Part shown: positions 1 through 9,356 of the stretch, in pieces | Position numbering within the stretch: the first letter of the stretch is position 1 | Layout: the number at the start of each line of letters is the position of its first letter | Assembly: GCA_963614595.1 (NCBI GenBank) | Contig: CAVECL010000001.1 | Span: 60,407-124,406 of the forward strand | Length of the DNA stretch: 64,000 bases | DNA from: Parasutterella excrementihominis | GTDB lineage: Bacteria > Bacillota_I > Bacilli_A > RFN20 > CAG-826 | Reading direction: 5' to 3' | The notes under the pieces: generated by a model | The model's database searches: none | Told to the model about the DNA's origin: nothing | What the model saw: only the letters and a program-made list of their open reading frames with translations | Made by a program: the position numbers and the translations under genes

Positions 1-356
1 AGCTCGGAATCGCATTCCACATCATTAAAGAAGTTGACGCTTTCGCGGAGGAGAAGCAAATTTCCTCCGTGAAAGGCGTCACAATCGAGCTTGGAGAAGT
101 CTCCGGGGTCGTCCCGCGTTATCTAGAAGACGTGTGGAAATGGGCCTGTGAGAACCGCTCCAAACATATGAGTGGTTGCAAGCTGAGCATCATCGTCACA
201 AAGGCGACGACGTATTGCAAAGCCTGCACAAAGACTTATCCAACCCTCCCAAGCGGCAAGAAATGCCCCCATTGCGGGAGCGAAGAAACTTACCTCATAG
301 AAGGAAACGAAGTCACCATTCAATCGATTCAAGTGGAAGATCAGCCGTCGAAATAG
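1..356 (+). CDS. hypA: hydrogenase nickel-insertion/maturation factor HypA, 5'-truncated by the window edge
   Basis: The frame is open from nt 3. The C-terminal CxxC...(13 aa)...CxxC zinc ribbon (CKAC...CPHC) and the spacing of the conserved core are typical of HypA/HybF. Confidence 0.55.
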   Translation, partial: LGIAFHIIKEVDAFAEEKQISSVKGVTIELGEVSGVVPRYLEDVWKWACENRSKHMSGCKLSIIVTKATTYCKACTKTYPTLPSGKKCPHCGSEETYLIEGNEVTIQSIQVEDQPSK

Positions 357-429
357 CGACGGCTTTTTCTTTTGCAAAACAAAAGAAAACCGCGGTTCTG
401 CAAGGAAATCGCGGTTTTTAGAAGGCTAT

Positions 430-1584
430 TTACTTCTTTCCTTCGGGTTTGCTGATGCCTTTGGCTTTCATGACATCATCAACCAGAATCTTAGCTCTCT
501 TGAGGGAGAGGTCGGATTTGACTTTGAATTCGGTTGGAAGATCTTCGAACTTCTTGGATGTATTCGCGGTCACCGGGATGGTGCTGTCCTGATAATCATT
601 AGGATTTAAAGCGTAGTAGACTTTGAGTTTCTTCCCGGAGATGGTGATGAAGACATAGCGGTCACGGTGGAGGGAGAAGGTCATGCCGGGAATCGACATG
701 CGATCTTTCACATCATAGGCACGGATGTAATCACGGAGCTCATAGTATTTGTCGCGAAGATCTTGATCGGCGCCTTTGAGGCGAGTCTCAAACTTAGCGC
801 GGCGGCGTTTCTTGAGGTTGGCGAAGTGGTCATCTTGAGGAATTTCGCCTTCTTCGGGCTCCCCGGCATCAACTGGTTCATCAGCGGGAGCTTCAACAGG
901 CTCATCCTTAACCTCTTCTTTAGCGGAATGGAGGTTCTGAATATGGGCGTCGATTTCTTTATCGGCGATGGCTTTGGATTTGGTTTCGTCAACAAGGTCG
1001 AGTTTAGCAATGCAGGCGTTCACGATCGCTTTAACATCAGCTTCCGTAAGAGAAGGAGCAGCTTCCTTGGGCTCTTCCTTCTTCTCTTCTTTGACGTTAA
1101 CGGTGAGGAGCTCGCCATAGGAGAAGGTAAGAACGATGTAGCCGATGATGGTGAGGAATAAGCCAACGAAGATCGAGAGCATGGACCCTTCATTTAAGAG
1201 GCCCGCGATGTATTGGGTGTAAAGAAGAAGGATTAAATAAGGAATAAAAGCGATGTCGAGGAAGTGCCCAAAAGCGTTGATGAGGAGCTTGTATTTCTTC
1301 TTCATGCAGATGATGACGGCTTCCAAGACGAGCATGATGATGGCGAAGATCATGATGAACACGCCGAGAACGCCGACGATGTTCGGGAACTTCGAGTAGT
1401 TCCACATGTTGAAGTAATTGAGCGCGTTGCCACGGATGCCGGTATAGACGGTGATTCCGTTTCTGATGGTGGCAGATCCGCCAACAATCACATGGCAGCA
1501 GGCCATGAGACCGATGAAGAAGGGGGAGAGGAAGGAAATGATAAGTCCTACCCAAGTCGATTTAGCAATTTTTGATTTTTTCAT
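430..1584 (-). CDS. hypothetical membrane protein: N-terminal polytopic domain, acidic Glu/Pro/Lys-rich linker, C-terminal soluble domain
   Basis: Long ORF. A GGAGG Shine-Dalgarno sits 8 nt upstream of the second in-frame Met (MKKSKIAK). About 6 hydrophobic helices are followed by an EEKKEEPKEAAP low-complexity stretch. Confidence 0.6.
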   Translation of the reverse strand: MKKSKIAKSTWVGLIISFLSPFFIGLMACCHVIVGGSATIRNGITVYTGIRGNALNYFNMWNYSKFPNIVGVLGVFIMIFAIIMLVLEAVIICMKKKYKLLINAFGHFLDIAFIPYLILLLYTQYIAGLLNEGSMLSIFVGLFLTIIGYIVLTFSYGELLTVNVKEEKKEEPKEAAPSLTEADVKAIVNACIAKLDLVDETKSKAIADKEIDAHIQNLHSAKEEVKDEPVEAPADEPVDAGEPEEGEIPQDDHFANLKKRRRAKFETRLKGADQDLRDKYYELRDYIRAYDVKDRMSIPGMTFSLHRDRYVFITISGKKLKVYYALNPNDYQDSTIPVTANTSKKFEDLPTEFKVKSDLSLKRAKILVDDVMKAKGISKPEGKK

Positions 1585-1768
1585 AACAATTGCCTCCAAT
1601 CGAGCCATATTTTAGTAACTTCATCACTTAATTCAACAAAACAAGGCCGTTTTTTTCAAAAATAGTCGGGGCATGCATGTATTTTTTATTTAAATTATCA
1701 AAAATCGCATATAAGCCCATGACAAATGAAAAAACGTCAACGCTTTCGCATTGACGTTACCGGTCTTT

Positions 1769-2172
1769 TGGTGGAGTCGCAGGGAATCGAACCCTGGTCC
1801 GAAGAGCATCCCACCGAGGCGTCTACAGTTTAGTCCTCGCCTTTTACTCCAAAGGGCGACGAGAACCAACGTTCTTTGGAGGCGGCTGTAAGATTTTCGA
1901 CTCCTTTGCCCAGCCAAGCTAGAAGCTTATTGCCTTGTGTTGCGCCCATCCCCTCGTAAGGCAAGAAGCGAGAGGTGAACGTGCTCTCCCCGCAAGAGGC
2001 GGGGCCCTATCTAGAGGGGCTCAATTAGGCAAGAGCGGCGGAAGCGCGATGCGAGGCACCGAGCATCCAAGGTTTGACAGTTTTGTTGTCAGTTATTGTT
2101 GTTTGGCACTTAGGGTCGCCAACCCACTGCAGCCGGGGCCAGACATCCCTCCGTCAAAACCTGTACGGCCCC
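1769..2172 (-). ncRNA. ssrA: tmRNA (SsrA), transfer-messenger RNA, about 400 nt
   Basis: The reverse complement begins GGGGCCGUACAGG... and ends ...CAGGGUUCGAUUCCCUGCGACUCCACCA, giving a tRNA-like T-arm and an acceptor stem with CCA. An internal tag-like ORF ends ...ASAALA-TAA. The six-frame ORFs overlapping this stretch are spurious. Confidence 0.85.
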
Positions 2173-2232
2173 AAAAGAAGATGTTGTTTACCGGTGGTCG
2201 TATTATAGGTCGGTAAATGCTTATCTCCAAAT

Positions 2233-2715
2233 TTATTTTTTCTTTTGAGCAAAAAGAATTGATGGGATCAAAAGAATTATCCCTATAGAAGCGGAGCAAA
2301 TACTTAGTATATATCCCACGCCTCCGCGAATCCCGTCCAGAGGAAAGCCAGGATTCATCCAATGAAAAGTCAAAACCCCCAGCACGCTAAAAGCAAGGAC
2401 TAAAAACCCTGCAATTAAAGAAAATACAAGGTTTTTGCGGCAATCTAACCCAAAAAAAGAAGCAAATCCCGCAACAAAGCAAATGGAAATCAGCGCGATA
2501 AAAAAGGGATTCAAACGATAGGTGAACGAGAAGAGATTTCCTTCGTTCGTCAATTGCTCGCTCCCCCCAAAAAGAACCTTAATTGAATCCAGCGAAAGCC
2601 ATTCGCCGCTTGGGAAAACGGCCCTGATTAAGCCAAGAAGAACCAGCCCAGGCGTAAGCAAGAAAAGAGCGCCAGAAGCGAAACACAAATAACGGCAAAC
2701 TTTTCTCATGCGCAT
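2233..2715 (-). CDS. hypothetical polytopic membrane protein
   Basis: ORF with 5-6 predicted TM helices. Start chosen at the internal Met (MRMRKV...). No recognisable motif. Confidence 0.5.
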   Translation of the reverse strand: MRMRKVCRYLCFASGALFLLTPGLVLLGLIRAVFPSGEWLSLDSIKVLFGGSEQLTNEGNLFSFTYRLNPFFIALISICFVAGFASFFGLDCRKNLVFSLIAGFLVLAFSVLGVLTFHWMNPGFPLDGIRGGVGYILSICSASIGIILLIPSILFAQKKK

Positions 2716-2802
2716 GCATTGATTATAACGGCCTTTGCTTCTTTCCAAGAGGCGATTATGCGTGTATTGTTTATTTTGCTTTCAGCAAAAAGGATTTTTG
2801 AA

Positions 2803-3915
2803 ATGGGGAACAACAAGAAAAACAAGCAAAAAATAAGGCTGTCTCCTGAGACTAAAGACAAACTAAAAACCGGTTTTGGCACATTGATTAACAACGAGAT
2901 GTGCATCAAGGCCGGCAGAGAATATCCTTGGTACACTCCGATTATCTTGGCGGTATGCTCCGTCTTGATTACCTTAGTCCCAAGTTTCGTGAACACCATG
3001 CAGGTCAACATGGGGGAAAGCGTTCTTGGAACGAGCTCGGTTGGCGGCATCGAAAATGGCTTAGCGAATTTCCAAAGCATTCTTAAAGCCGCGGACGCTT
3101 CCGTTAAAATCACCGATGAGGGCAAACTCGTCGTTAGCGATGCGGCGAAAGAAGCGGTCTATAACGCCGGCACTGGCGATGATCGCTACTATGAATATAA
3201 AGACAGCGTGACGGATGAGCCAGTCCTCCGCGTTCAATTTAGCAGCGATTCCGTGAATTCCTCTTATTTAGATGCTCTTTCCAAAAACACGATCAAATCC
3301 TCCACGACCGTCACGGACAGCGAAGGCGTTACCAGCGAAGTGCCCGACGCCGTCTCTACCACTTACCGCGTCTCCATTTTGGTGTTCAAAGATACAGGCT
3401 TCTCCATGGCGGTATATAACCGCAGAGTTAGCGTAAGCACCAATAGCACGAGCGCTTTGGTAAATTACTCCTATGATCGCCTAGCAGGAAAAGACCTATT
3501 GGCCCTTACCCCAAGCGTTTCCTTCGCGGATAGCCCGGCAGAATATGTGGCCGCGGTCAAAAAGAACTATCAAGAGTTCATAACTCTCGGATACGAGACC
3601 ACAAAAATCAATCTTGCCTGGCGCAATGTCGGAATTCTTGCCGGCATCAACGCGGGCGTCATCTTGCTCCTTGGCTTGGTGCTGTTCCTCGTCACCCGCG
3701 GCAAGAGGAATCCCTATCGCATCATCACCTTCTGGCAATGCCAAAAGATTGGCTATTGGGCGGCTCCGGCGCCTGCAATTCTCGCGTTGGGCCTCGGGTT
3801 CTTGCTCGCCAACACAAGCGGCTTATCTTCCCTATCGATGTTCATGTTCCTCTTCCTCTACGGCTTGAGAATCATGTGGACCTCAATGAAAGCCTTCTCC
3901 CCTCAAGGGAAGTAA
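2803..3915 (+). CDS. hypothetical membrane protein: N- and C-terminal TM segments flanking a ~270-aa Ser/Thr/Val-rich extracytoplasmic domain
   Basis: ORF 2719..3915. Start placed at MGNNKKNKQK, which has an AAAGGA Shine-Dalgarno 8 nt upstream. One TM helix near the N-terminus and about three near the C-terminus. Confidence 0.55.
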   Translation: MGNNKKNKQKIRLSPETKDKLKTGFGTLINNEMCIKAGREYPWYTPIILAVCSVLITLVPSFVNTMQVNMGESVLGTSSVGGIENGLANFQSILKAADASVKITDEGKLVVSDAAKEAVYNAGTGDDRYYEYKDSVTDEPVLRVQFSSDSVNSSYLDALSKNTIKSSTTVTDSEGVTSEVPDAVSTTYRVSILVFKDTGFSMAVYNRRVSVSTNSTSALVNYSYDRLAGKDLLALTPSVSFADSPAEYVAAVKKNYQEFITLGYETTKINLAWRNVGILAGINAGVILLLGLVLFLVTRGKRNPYRIITFWQCQKIGYWAAPAPAILALGLGFLLANTSGLSSLSMFMFLFLYGLRIMWTSMKAFSPQGK

Positions 3916-3981
3916 TCCATAAGAAGCAAAAGCGCCGAACCTTGCAATTCGGCGCTTTTTCTTTGAAAACCGCGCAAAACC

Positions 3982-4905
3982 CTAGTCTCTATTTTCGTGC
4001 GGATGAAGAGATCCTGCGAGCCTGGCTCCATTTCGGTTTTTCTTTATCTCGCGGCTTCCCACATAAAAATAGGGATTGAACTTTTTCGAAACGACCTTGA
4101 GCCTCGCGAAGAGGGCTTCGCCCGGTTGGTTATTGAAATTCGCGGCGAAGGCCCTGAAATACTTGCCAGGATAAACCCCGTAGGCAAGAGGACGACCATC
4201 AACGTACTTAAAAGAAACCAGCGCGCACTCAGCGCGCAGCAAAGAAGCGATTTTCACAGCTTGAGACCTCGTGAAAGCATTGTCAAAAGTAGAGCTGACT
4301 AGCTTCCCGCCCTTCTCTTCCAAAACGCCAAAGCAGCGCTTCCCGATGGTGAGAGCGAAGAGAACAGGACCCTGAGCGTATTCTTCCACCACCCACGCGG
4401 AATCTTTCATCTTCTTAAGGATTTCGTTGAACTCAATGGGCGACACGCAAAGCTTCGGGGCAAAACCCTCATCGCTCTTTTTCCTTATATAAAAAGGATA
4501 GGCGATCCCCGCTTTATTGATGGAAGAAGAAAGAAAGGTGAAGAAGCCTTTTGGCTTTTCGTTCTTAAGATTCGGAAAACTGTAAAAGCCAGGATGAGCA
4601 ATTCCGTAGTCTTCCATCTTCTTGTAGAAAAGCCCAAGGTCTTGGCAATAGGCAGAGGAGTAGGGATGCCCGAAGCAAGGGATTCCTAGATTCATCGCAA
4701 GGTTCATCAAATAAGGATCCTCATCATAAAAATAGATGAAGCCGCAATCCAAATAAGAAGCGTAAAAATAGCGTTCCGCTTCCGCGAAAGAAAGCGCAGT
4801 GAGCGTTACTCCGCTGACTTTGGCGGAGGACAAAAGAAAATCGATTTCCTTTCGGAACGAAGCGTCTTTCTCTCTTGCGATGGAATAAACGAGGAATGCT
4901 TCCAT
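3982..4905 (-). CDS. ATP-grasp-like ligase (tentative; RimK/YheC-YheD-like)
   Basis: Start at Met9, with a GGAGA Shine-Dalgarno 5 nt upstream and 1 nt after the stop of the upstream gene. The central PFYIRKK.DEGF...VVEEYAQG...FKYVDG pattern resembles the ATP-grasp B-loop and large-domain motifs. Weak call by eye. Confidence 0.35.
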   Translation of the reverse strand: MEAFLVYSIAREKDASFRKEIDFLLSSAKVSGVTLTALSFAEAERYFYASYLDCGFIYFYDEDPYLMNLAMNLGIPCFGHPYSSAYCQDLGLFYKKMEDYGIAHPGFYSFPNLKNEKPKGFFTFLSSSINKAGIAYPFYIRKKSDEGFAPKLCVSPIEFNEILKKMKDSAWVVEEYAQGPVLFALTIGKRCFGVLEEKGGKLVSSTFDNAFTRSQAVKIASLLRAECALVSFKYVDGRPLAYGVYPGKYFRAFAANFNNQPGEALFARLKVVSKKFNPYFYVGSREIKKNRNGARLAGSLHPHENRD

Positions 4906-4906
4906 A

Positions 4907-5245
4907 TCAGTCTCCGTAATCGCTGCCACGCGATTTGTCTTCCACGAAGATCAGCAAGGGATCCGTGATATCCGCAATCTCACGGTAAACGAACCCTTCG
5001 CGGTCAATCCAAGGGTTCTCAAAGTCCGCGGTAAAGACAACCTTATGAAGCCGCTTGATTGTCTTATCGATCTCTTCCATGATCCTTTCAAAGGCCTCGG
5101 GCCGCTTTTCCTCAAAACCGAGCAAACCGTCATAAAAACCAGGCTCGACATAGAAAAGGTTTCCTTCCTCATCCGTATAAGCATGGACGAGATTGTTAAG
5201 AGGATCTTGGTAAGGCTTGTAAGAAGAGAATTCTGTGTAATCCAT
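4907..5245 (-). CDS. small acidic hypothetical protein, translationally coupled to the downstream ATP-grasp-like gene
   Basis: 112-aa ORF whose stop lies 1 nt before the start codon of the next gene. pI is clearly acidic. No known motif. Confidence 0.5.
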   Translation of the reverse strand: MDYTEFSSYKPYQDPLNNLVHAYTDEEGNLFYVEPGFYDGLLGFEEKRPEAFERIMEEIDKTIKRLHKVVFTADFENPWIDREGFVYREIADITDPLLIFVEDKSRGSDYGD

Positions 5246-5394
5246 ATGCTTGCCTTATCTTATCACCTTCATCTCCTTTCATCCCAGGAAAGCAAAGATT
5301 TGGTCCCTAAAAGACAAGAAAAATAGCAAAAATCCTTTTGAAAGCCCTTAACACCCTCTCCCCAAACGAAACGCGGTTGGTATAACATATATCA

Positions 5395-6198
5395 ATGGTT
5401 AGCCAGGAAGCGAAAGACATCAAAATCGTTTTCACGGATATCGACGGGACTTTCTTTTCCCATCGCCAGCACAAGGTTCCTCAATCCGCTTTACAAGCCG
5501 CTTTGAAGCTGCAAGAAAAAGGAATTAAGGTTTTCCTTTGTTCCGGCAGAAACTATTATCTGATCCGCAAAAGCGGCATCCTCAGCATTTTCAATCCGGA
5601 TGGCCTTGTCACGATGAACGGCAGCAATGCGATCATCGATGGAAACATCATCTACCGTTATCCGATTGACCCCGTCGTCGTGGATAAAATGGTTCTATTC
5701 GCGAAGAAACTGAAATTTGGGCTCACCCTCATCGAAGAGACGGAGGGCCACATCAATATGATCGATGACCGCGTCATATCCGCGCACGAGAAATACGGCA
5801 CTCGTTTTCCTCAGCCACGCCACTACCCCGACCATTACGACCGCACGGTCTATCAGATGATCGCTTTCATCGATGAGTTTGAAGAAAAGCTGATCGCCCC
5901 GCATCTCGACGACTGCAAGTTCGCTCGTTGGGATGAATACGCGGTTGATGTGATGCTTAAGGATTCGGATAAGGCGAAAGGCATCATGTCGGTTCTCCAA
6001 TATTACGGATACACCCAAAAGAACGCGATGACGCTCGGAGATGGCTTCAATGACATCGAAATGCTTCTCTACGCGGGCATTGGCGTGGCGATGGGGAATG
6101 CGAAAGAAGAGACCAAAGCCATCGCCGATTACGTTACCGACTCCATCGACGAAGACGGTTGGGCCAAAGCAATGCGTCACTACGGCTTAATCGACTGA
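5395..6198 (+). CDS. Cof-type HAD-IIB family hydrolase (sugar phosphatase-like)
   Basis: N-terminal FTDIDGTF (DxDGT) motif I, the C-terminal GDGxNDIEML motif, and a length of 267 aa typical of Cof/YidA proteins. Confidence 0.8.
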   Translation: MVSQEAKDIKIVFTDIDGTFFSHRQHKVPQSALQAALKLQEKGIKVFLCSGRNYYLIRKSGILSIFNPDGLVTMNGSNAIIDGNIIYRYPIDPVVVDKMVLFAKKLKFGLTLIEETEGHINMIDDRVISAHEKYGTRFPQPRHYPDHYDRTVYQMIAFIDEFEEKLIAPHLDDCKFARWDEYAVDVMLKDSDKAKGIMSVLQYYGYTQKNAMTLGDGFNDIEMLLYAGIGVAMGNAKEETKAIADYVTDSIDEDGWAKAMRHYGLID

Positions 6199-6678
6199 TC
6201 ACTTGTGATAAGGCTCGTGATGGGCAATCTTAAAGGAACGATAGATCTGCTCTAACAGCATGACCCTCGCGAGTTGATGAGGGAACGTCATCTTGCCAAA
6301 GCAAACGGAAGCGTTTGCTCTTTTTTTGCATTCTTCGGATAGGCCAAGGGAACCGCCAATCAAAAAGGAGACGGAACTCCCTCCAGCGACAAGCCACTTC
6401 TCCATTTGGGAGGAGAATTCCTCGGAGGTGTATTCTTTCTGGTTGAGATCAAGGGCGATCACGTAATCGCCGGGCTTAATTTTCTCAAGCATCTTCTTGC
6501 CCTCTTTGTTTTTTATTTCTTCCTCTTGGGCAGGAGAGGCTTTTTCGGGCGTGGGAAAATCAGGGGCTTCGAAAATATCGATTTTCGCATAGCCCTCTAT
6601 GCGCTTTTTGTATTCTTGCACCGCGTCTTTCCAATAACTCTCTTTGAGTTTGCCGACGCAGTAGACGCTAATCTTCAT
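6199..6678 (-). CDS. rlmH: 23S rRNA (pseudouridine1915-N3)-methyltransferase RlmH (SPOUT)
   Basis: 159 aa. Begins MKISVYCVGK...; the overall pattern matches the RlmH/YbeA family. Lies in the ori-proximal position seen in Firmicutes. Confidence 0.8.
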   Translation of the reverse strand: MKISVYCVGKLKESYWKDAVQEYKKRIEGYAKIDIFEAPDFPTPEKASPAQEEEIKNKEGKKMLEKIKPGDYVIALDLNQKEYTSEEFSSQMEKWLVAGGSSVSFLIGGSLGLSEECKKRANASVCFGKMTFPHQLARVMLLEQIYRSFKIAHHEPYHK

Positions 6679-7432
6679 CGTCTCCGCCTTCGACGCGTTC
6701 CCATTGCTTCAAAGGGATCACGCATTCCATCGGGAAGGCGATTCCCTTGCTTTCAAAGACTTCTTTGTAAGTGGACAAAGCAATCTCGGGGCGATTGCAG
6801 TCTTCGCTCAGATGAGCCAAATAGATTTTCTTTGTATGAGGGCCAAGGAACTCGCACATATAAGCCGCGGATTGCTCGTTTCCAAGATGGCCGTGGTTTC
6901 CTCTGATTCTAGCCCGCAAAGAGGCTGGCCGGCCCGAAAGGCGGAGCATCTCTTTGTCATAATTGGACTCAAAAAGATAATAGGTGTGGTCTTTTAGCAG
7001 CTTCTTGTTTTCTTTTTTGATGGTGCCGGTGTCAGTGACGTAAGCCATGGTTTCTTCCCCAAAAGAAAAAACAAAGTTCAGAGGATCGCTCGCGTCATGG
7101 CTAGAAGAAAAGGCCTTGACTTGGATCTCCCCGATTGAAAAGCCCGTCCCGGGACGGATTTCAACGTCGACATCGTCTGGGATCGTATCGCGCGTGGCAT
7201 AGGCTTTAACCCCGCGTTTTTTCAATAGATTCAAGGTTCCGACGTGGTCATGATGTTCGTGGGTAATAAGCACCGCGTCAATGTCTTCAATCGTTTTCCC
7301 CAAAGCCCCGAGGCCTTCTTTAAGCCGTTTCAAAGGAACGCCCATATCCACTTGGATCAAGGTCGAGCCACATTGAATTAAAGTCGCGTTGCCTTTGGAG
7401 CCGGAACCGATGAATTCGAAGCGTACGCTCAT
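6668..7432 (-). CDS. MBL-fold metallo-hydrolase (YycJ/WalJ-like)
   Basis: HxHxDH motif (THEHHDHVG) and downstream His/Asp ligands. Length 254 aa. Confidence 0.75.
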   Translation of the reverse strand: MSVRFEFIGSGSKGNATLIQCGSTLIQVDMGVPLKRLKEGLGALGKTIEDIDAVLITHEHHDHVGTLNLLKKRGVKAYATRDTIPDDVDVEIRPGTGFSIGEIQVKAFSSSHDASDPLNFVFSFGEETMAYVTDTGTIKKENKKLLKDHTYYLFESNYDKEMLRLSGRPASLRARIRGNHGHLGNEQSAAYMCEFLGPHTKKIYLAHLSEDCNRPEIALSTYKEVFESKGIAFPMECVIPLKQWERVEGGDDED

Positions 7433-8895
7433 TCGTTGTTTCCTAGCCTTCGCTCTTCCAAAGCGGCTTGTCTATCCTGAAATTCTTTCGAGGGATCGGA
7501 GAAACGAGAAAAGTTCTTTTGGAAGACGAGATTTACTTTCCCGGTCTTTCCCTTGCGGTTCTTGGCCACGATGACGGAGACTTCCGAAGTATCGCTCGTT
7601 TGGTTTTTCGGACCCACGGGTTCCTCATTCTCTTCGTCTTTGTTTCCGTACTTGTTCTTCTTGCCCACGGAAATGCCCATCTCGGTGTAATAGTCCGCGC
7701 GGTAAAGCAAAAGCACGATGTCCGCATCCTGCTCAATGGAGCCCGATTCACGCAAAGAAGAAAGGGTCGGAATCTTGTTGTCGCCTTTTTCCACGTCACG
7801 GTTTAGCTGCGCTAAGCAGATGACGGGGACGTTCAAATTACGCGCAAGCTGCTTCAAAGCGCCGGAAATATAAGAGACTTCCTGCTGCCTTTGGTCCATG
7901 GAGGGACGGTCTGTGGTCCTGATTCGGCCAAGGTAATCGATAACGATGAGGCCCAAATCCTGATGCTCTGCTTTCAGCTTCGTCGCTTTTGAGACGACAT
8001 CGCCTAATTTTGAGTCAGGGGAATCGTCGAGGAAGATGCTTTGCTTTGCGATTTCCTCGACGGCGCTGGCGATTTTAATCTTTTGGTTTTGGTTAAGATA
8101 GCCGCTTGTGATGTTCTCCCCTTCCACCGAGGAGCGAGAAGCGATAAGCCTCTCCATGATCTGTTCGTTGGACATTTCAAGGGAGAAGAACGCGACGGTG
8201 CATTTGCTCTTCAAAGCGGCGTTATAAGCGAAATTGAGCCCCAAGGCAGTTTTGCCAACGGAAGGGCGGGCGGCCAAAATGATCAAATCGCCTTTTTGCC
8301 AGCCATGGACGAAATCGTTTAAGGTGCGGAAGCCCGTGTCTATTCCGACAAGCCCGCGCTTGTCCGCGTTGGAGCTCTGCTGGATGCGGATGTTAACCGT
8401 TTTTGCGACGTCGCTTGCCTTGCTCATGCCCTTGACGTTGCGTCTAGAGGCAATCGCCGTGATTTTGTCGTTGGCGCTTTCGATAAACTCGCCAATATCT
8501 GGTACGCCCTTCGTGTAATCTTTTTGGATTCTCTCCGTCTCGAGCAAAAAATCGCGAAGGACCGCCTGCTCATGGACCATCTCAATGTAATGGTCAATGT
8601 TATCGGGCACGATGACCGCGTTCACCAAATCAAGCAAATAGGAAGTCGGAACTTCCTTGTCTTGTTTCAAGGAAATGAGCTCATCGATGACCGTTTGAAC
8701 ATCGACCGGACGTCCAGAGGTCGTGAGTTCCTTCATCGCTTTGAAGATAAGTTTGTTGCGCGGATCGACGTCCGAAAAATCCTCCGCCTCCAGCCCGCCT
8801 AAAGCAACGGAACAGGCGTCAGGGGCAATCAGCATCGCGCCTAAAACGGAGCGTTCTGCCTCAAGGTTATGCGGGAGTTCGGCGCCTTTGCTCAT
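7429..8895 (-). CDS. dnaB: replicative DNA helicase DnaB (DnaC in Bacillus nomenclature)
   Basis: N-terminal PHNLEAERSVLGAML, Walker A GARPSVGKT, and the RecA-like core. The C-terminal region carries a ~30-aa Lys/Glu-rich insertion and a ~20-aa tail. Confidence 0.9.
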   Translation of the reverse strand: MSKGAELPHNLEAERSVLGAMLIAPDACSVALGGLEAEDFSDVDPRNKLIFKAMKELTTSGRPVDVQTVIDELISLKQDKEVPTSYLLDLVNAVIVPDNIDHYIEMVHEQAVLRDFLLETERIQKDYTKGVPDIGEFIESANDKITAIASRRNVKGMSKASDVAKTVNIRIQQSSNADKRGLVGIDTGFRTLNDFVHGWQKGDLIILAARPSVGKTALGLNFAYNAALKSKCTVAFFSLEMSNEQIMERLIASRSSVEGENITSGYLNQNQKIKIASAVEEIAKQSIFLDDSPDSKLGDVVSKATKLKAEHQDLGLIVIDYLGRIRTTDRPSMDQRQQEVSYISGALKQLARNLNVPVICLAQLNRDVEKGDNKIPTLSSLRESGSIEQDADIVLLLYRADYYTEMGISVGKKNKYGNKDEENEEPVGPKNQTSDTSEVSVIVAKNRKGKTGKVNLVFQKNFSRFSDPSKEFQDRQAALEERRLGNNE

Positions 8896-9356
8896 TATTT
8901 TTCCTCGGAGATGTGGACATTGACGACGCCATAGACCTCGCCTTCATCGCCCTTGTAGAGTTCGATTTTCAAACGGGTGTACCCGAAAGCGTTCGCGGGG
9001 TATTTGTCGACGAACTTTCTCTTGTCGAGTTTGATGTTCCATTGCTTCTCCATGCCCTCGACGATCTCTTTGGAGGAGATGGTCCCGATCATGCGGCCAT
9101 TGCTCCCCATCTTCGCCTTGAATTCGACGTTGATGTGCTCAAGGCGCTTCGAAAGCTCCTCGGCCTCTTTCTTGAGCTCTTTTTGGCGGACGGCCTCTTC
9201 GGCGTTGGCTTTTGCGAGCTCTTTTTGGCTATTCGCCGTAGAAGGAACGGCCAAACCTTTGGGGATGAGATAATTGGCCCCATAGCCGTCAGAGACATTC
9301 ACGGTCTCCCCTTTGCGTCCGAGCTTGCGGACGTCAGCAGTTAAAATCACTCTCAT
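8895..9356 (-). CDS. rplI: 50S ribosomal protein L9
   Basis: MRVILTADVRKLGRKGETVNVSDGYGANYLIPKGLA is the canonical L9 N-terminus. Confidence 0.9.
   Translation of the reverse strand: MRVILTADVRKLGRKGETVNVSDGYGANYLIPKGLAVPSTANSQKELAKANAEEAVRQKELKKEAEELSKRLEHINVEFKAKMGSNGRMIGTISSKEIVEGMEKQWNIKLDKRKFVDKYPANAFGYTRLKIELYKGDEGEVYGVVNVHISEEK

Noticed and set aside
667-1575. Plus-strand ORFs of 164 and 103 aa and minus-strand ORFs of 100 and 121 aa
   Set aside because: They are nested in or antisense to the 392-aa membrane-protein gene. The acidic/Gly-rich composition mirrors its EEK linker.
1690-2362. Three small ORFs (75, 93 and 89 aa)
   Set aside because: They overlap the tmRNA gene on both strands, and the RNA gene explains the region.
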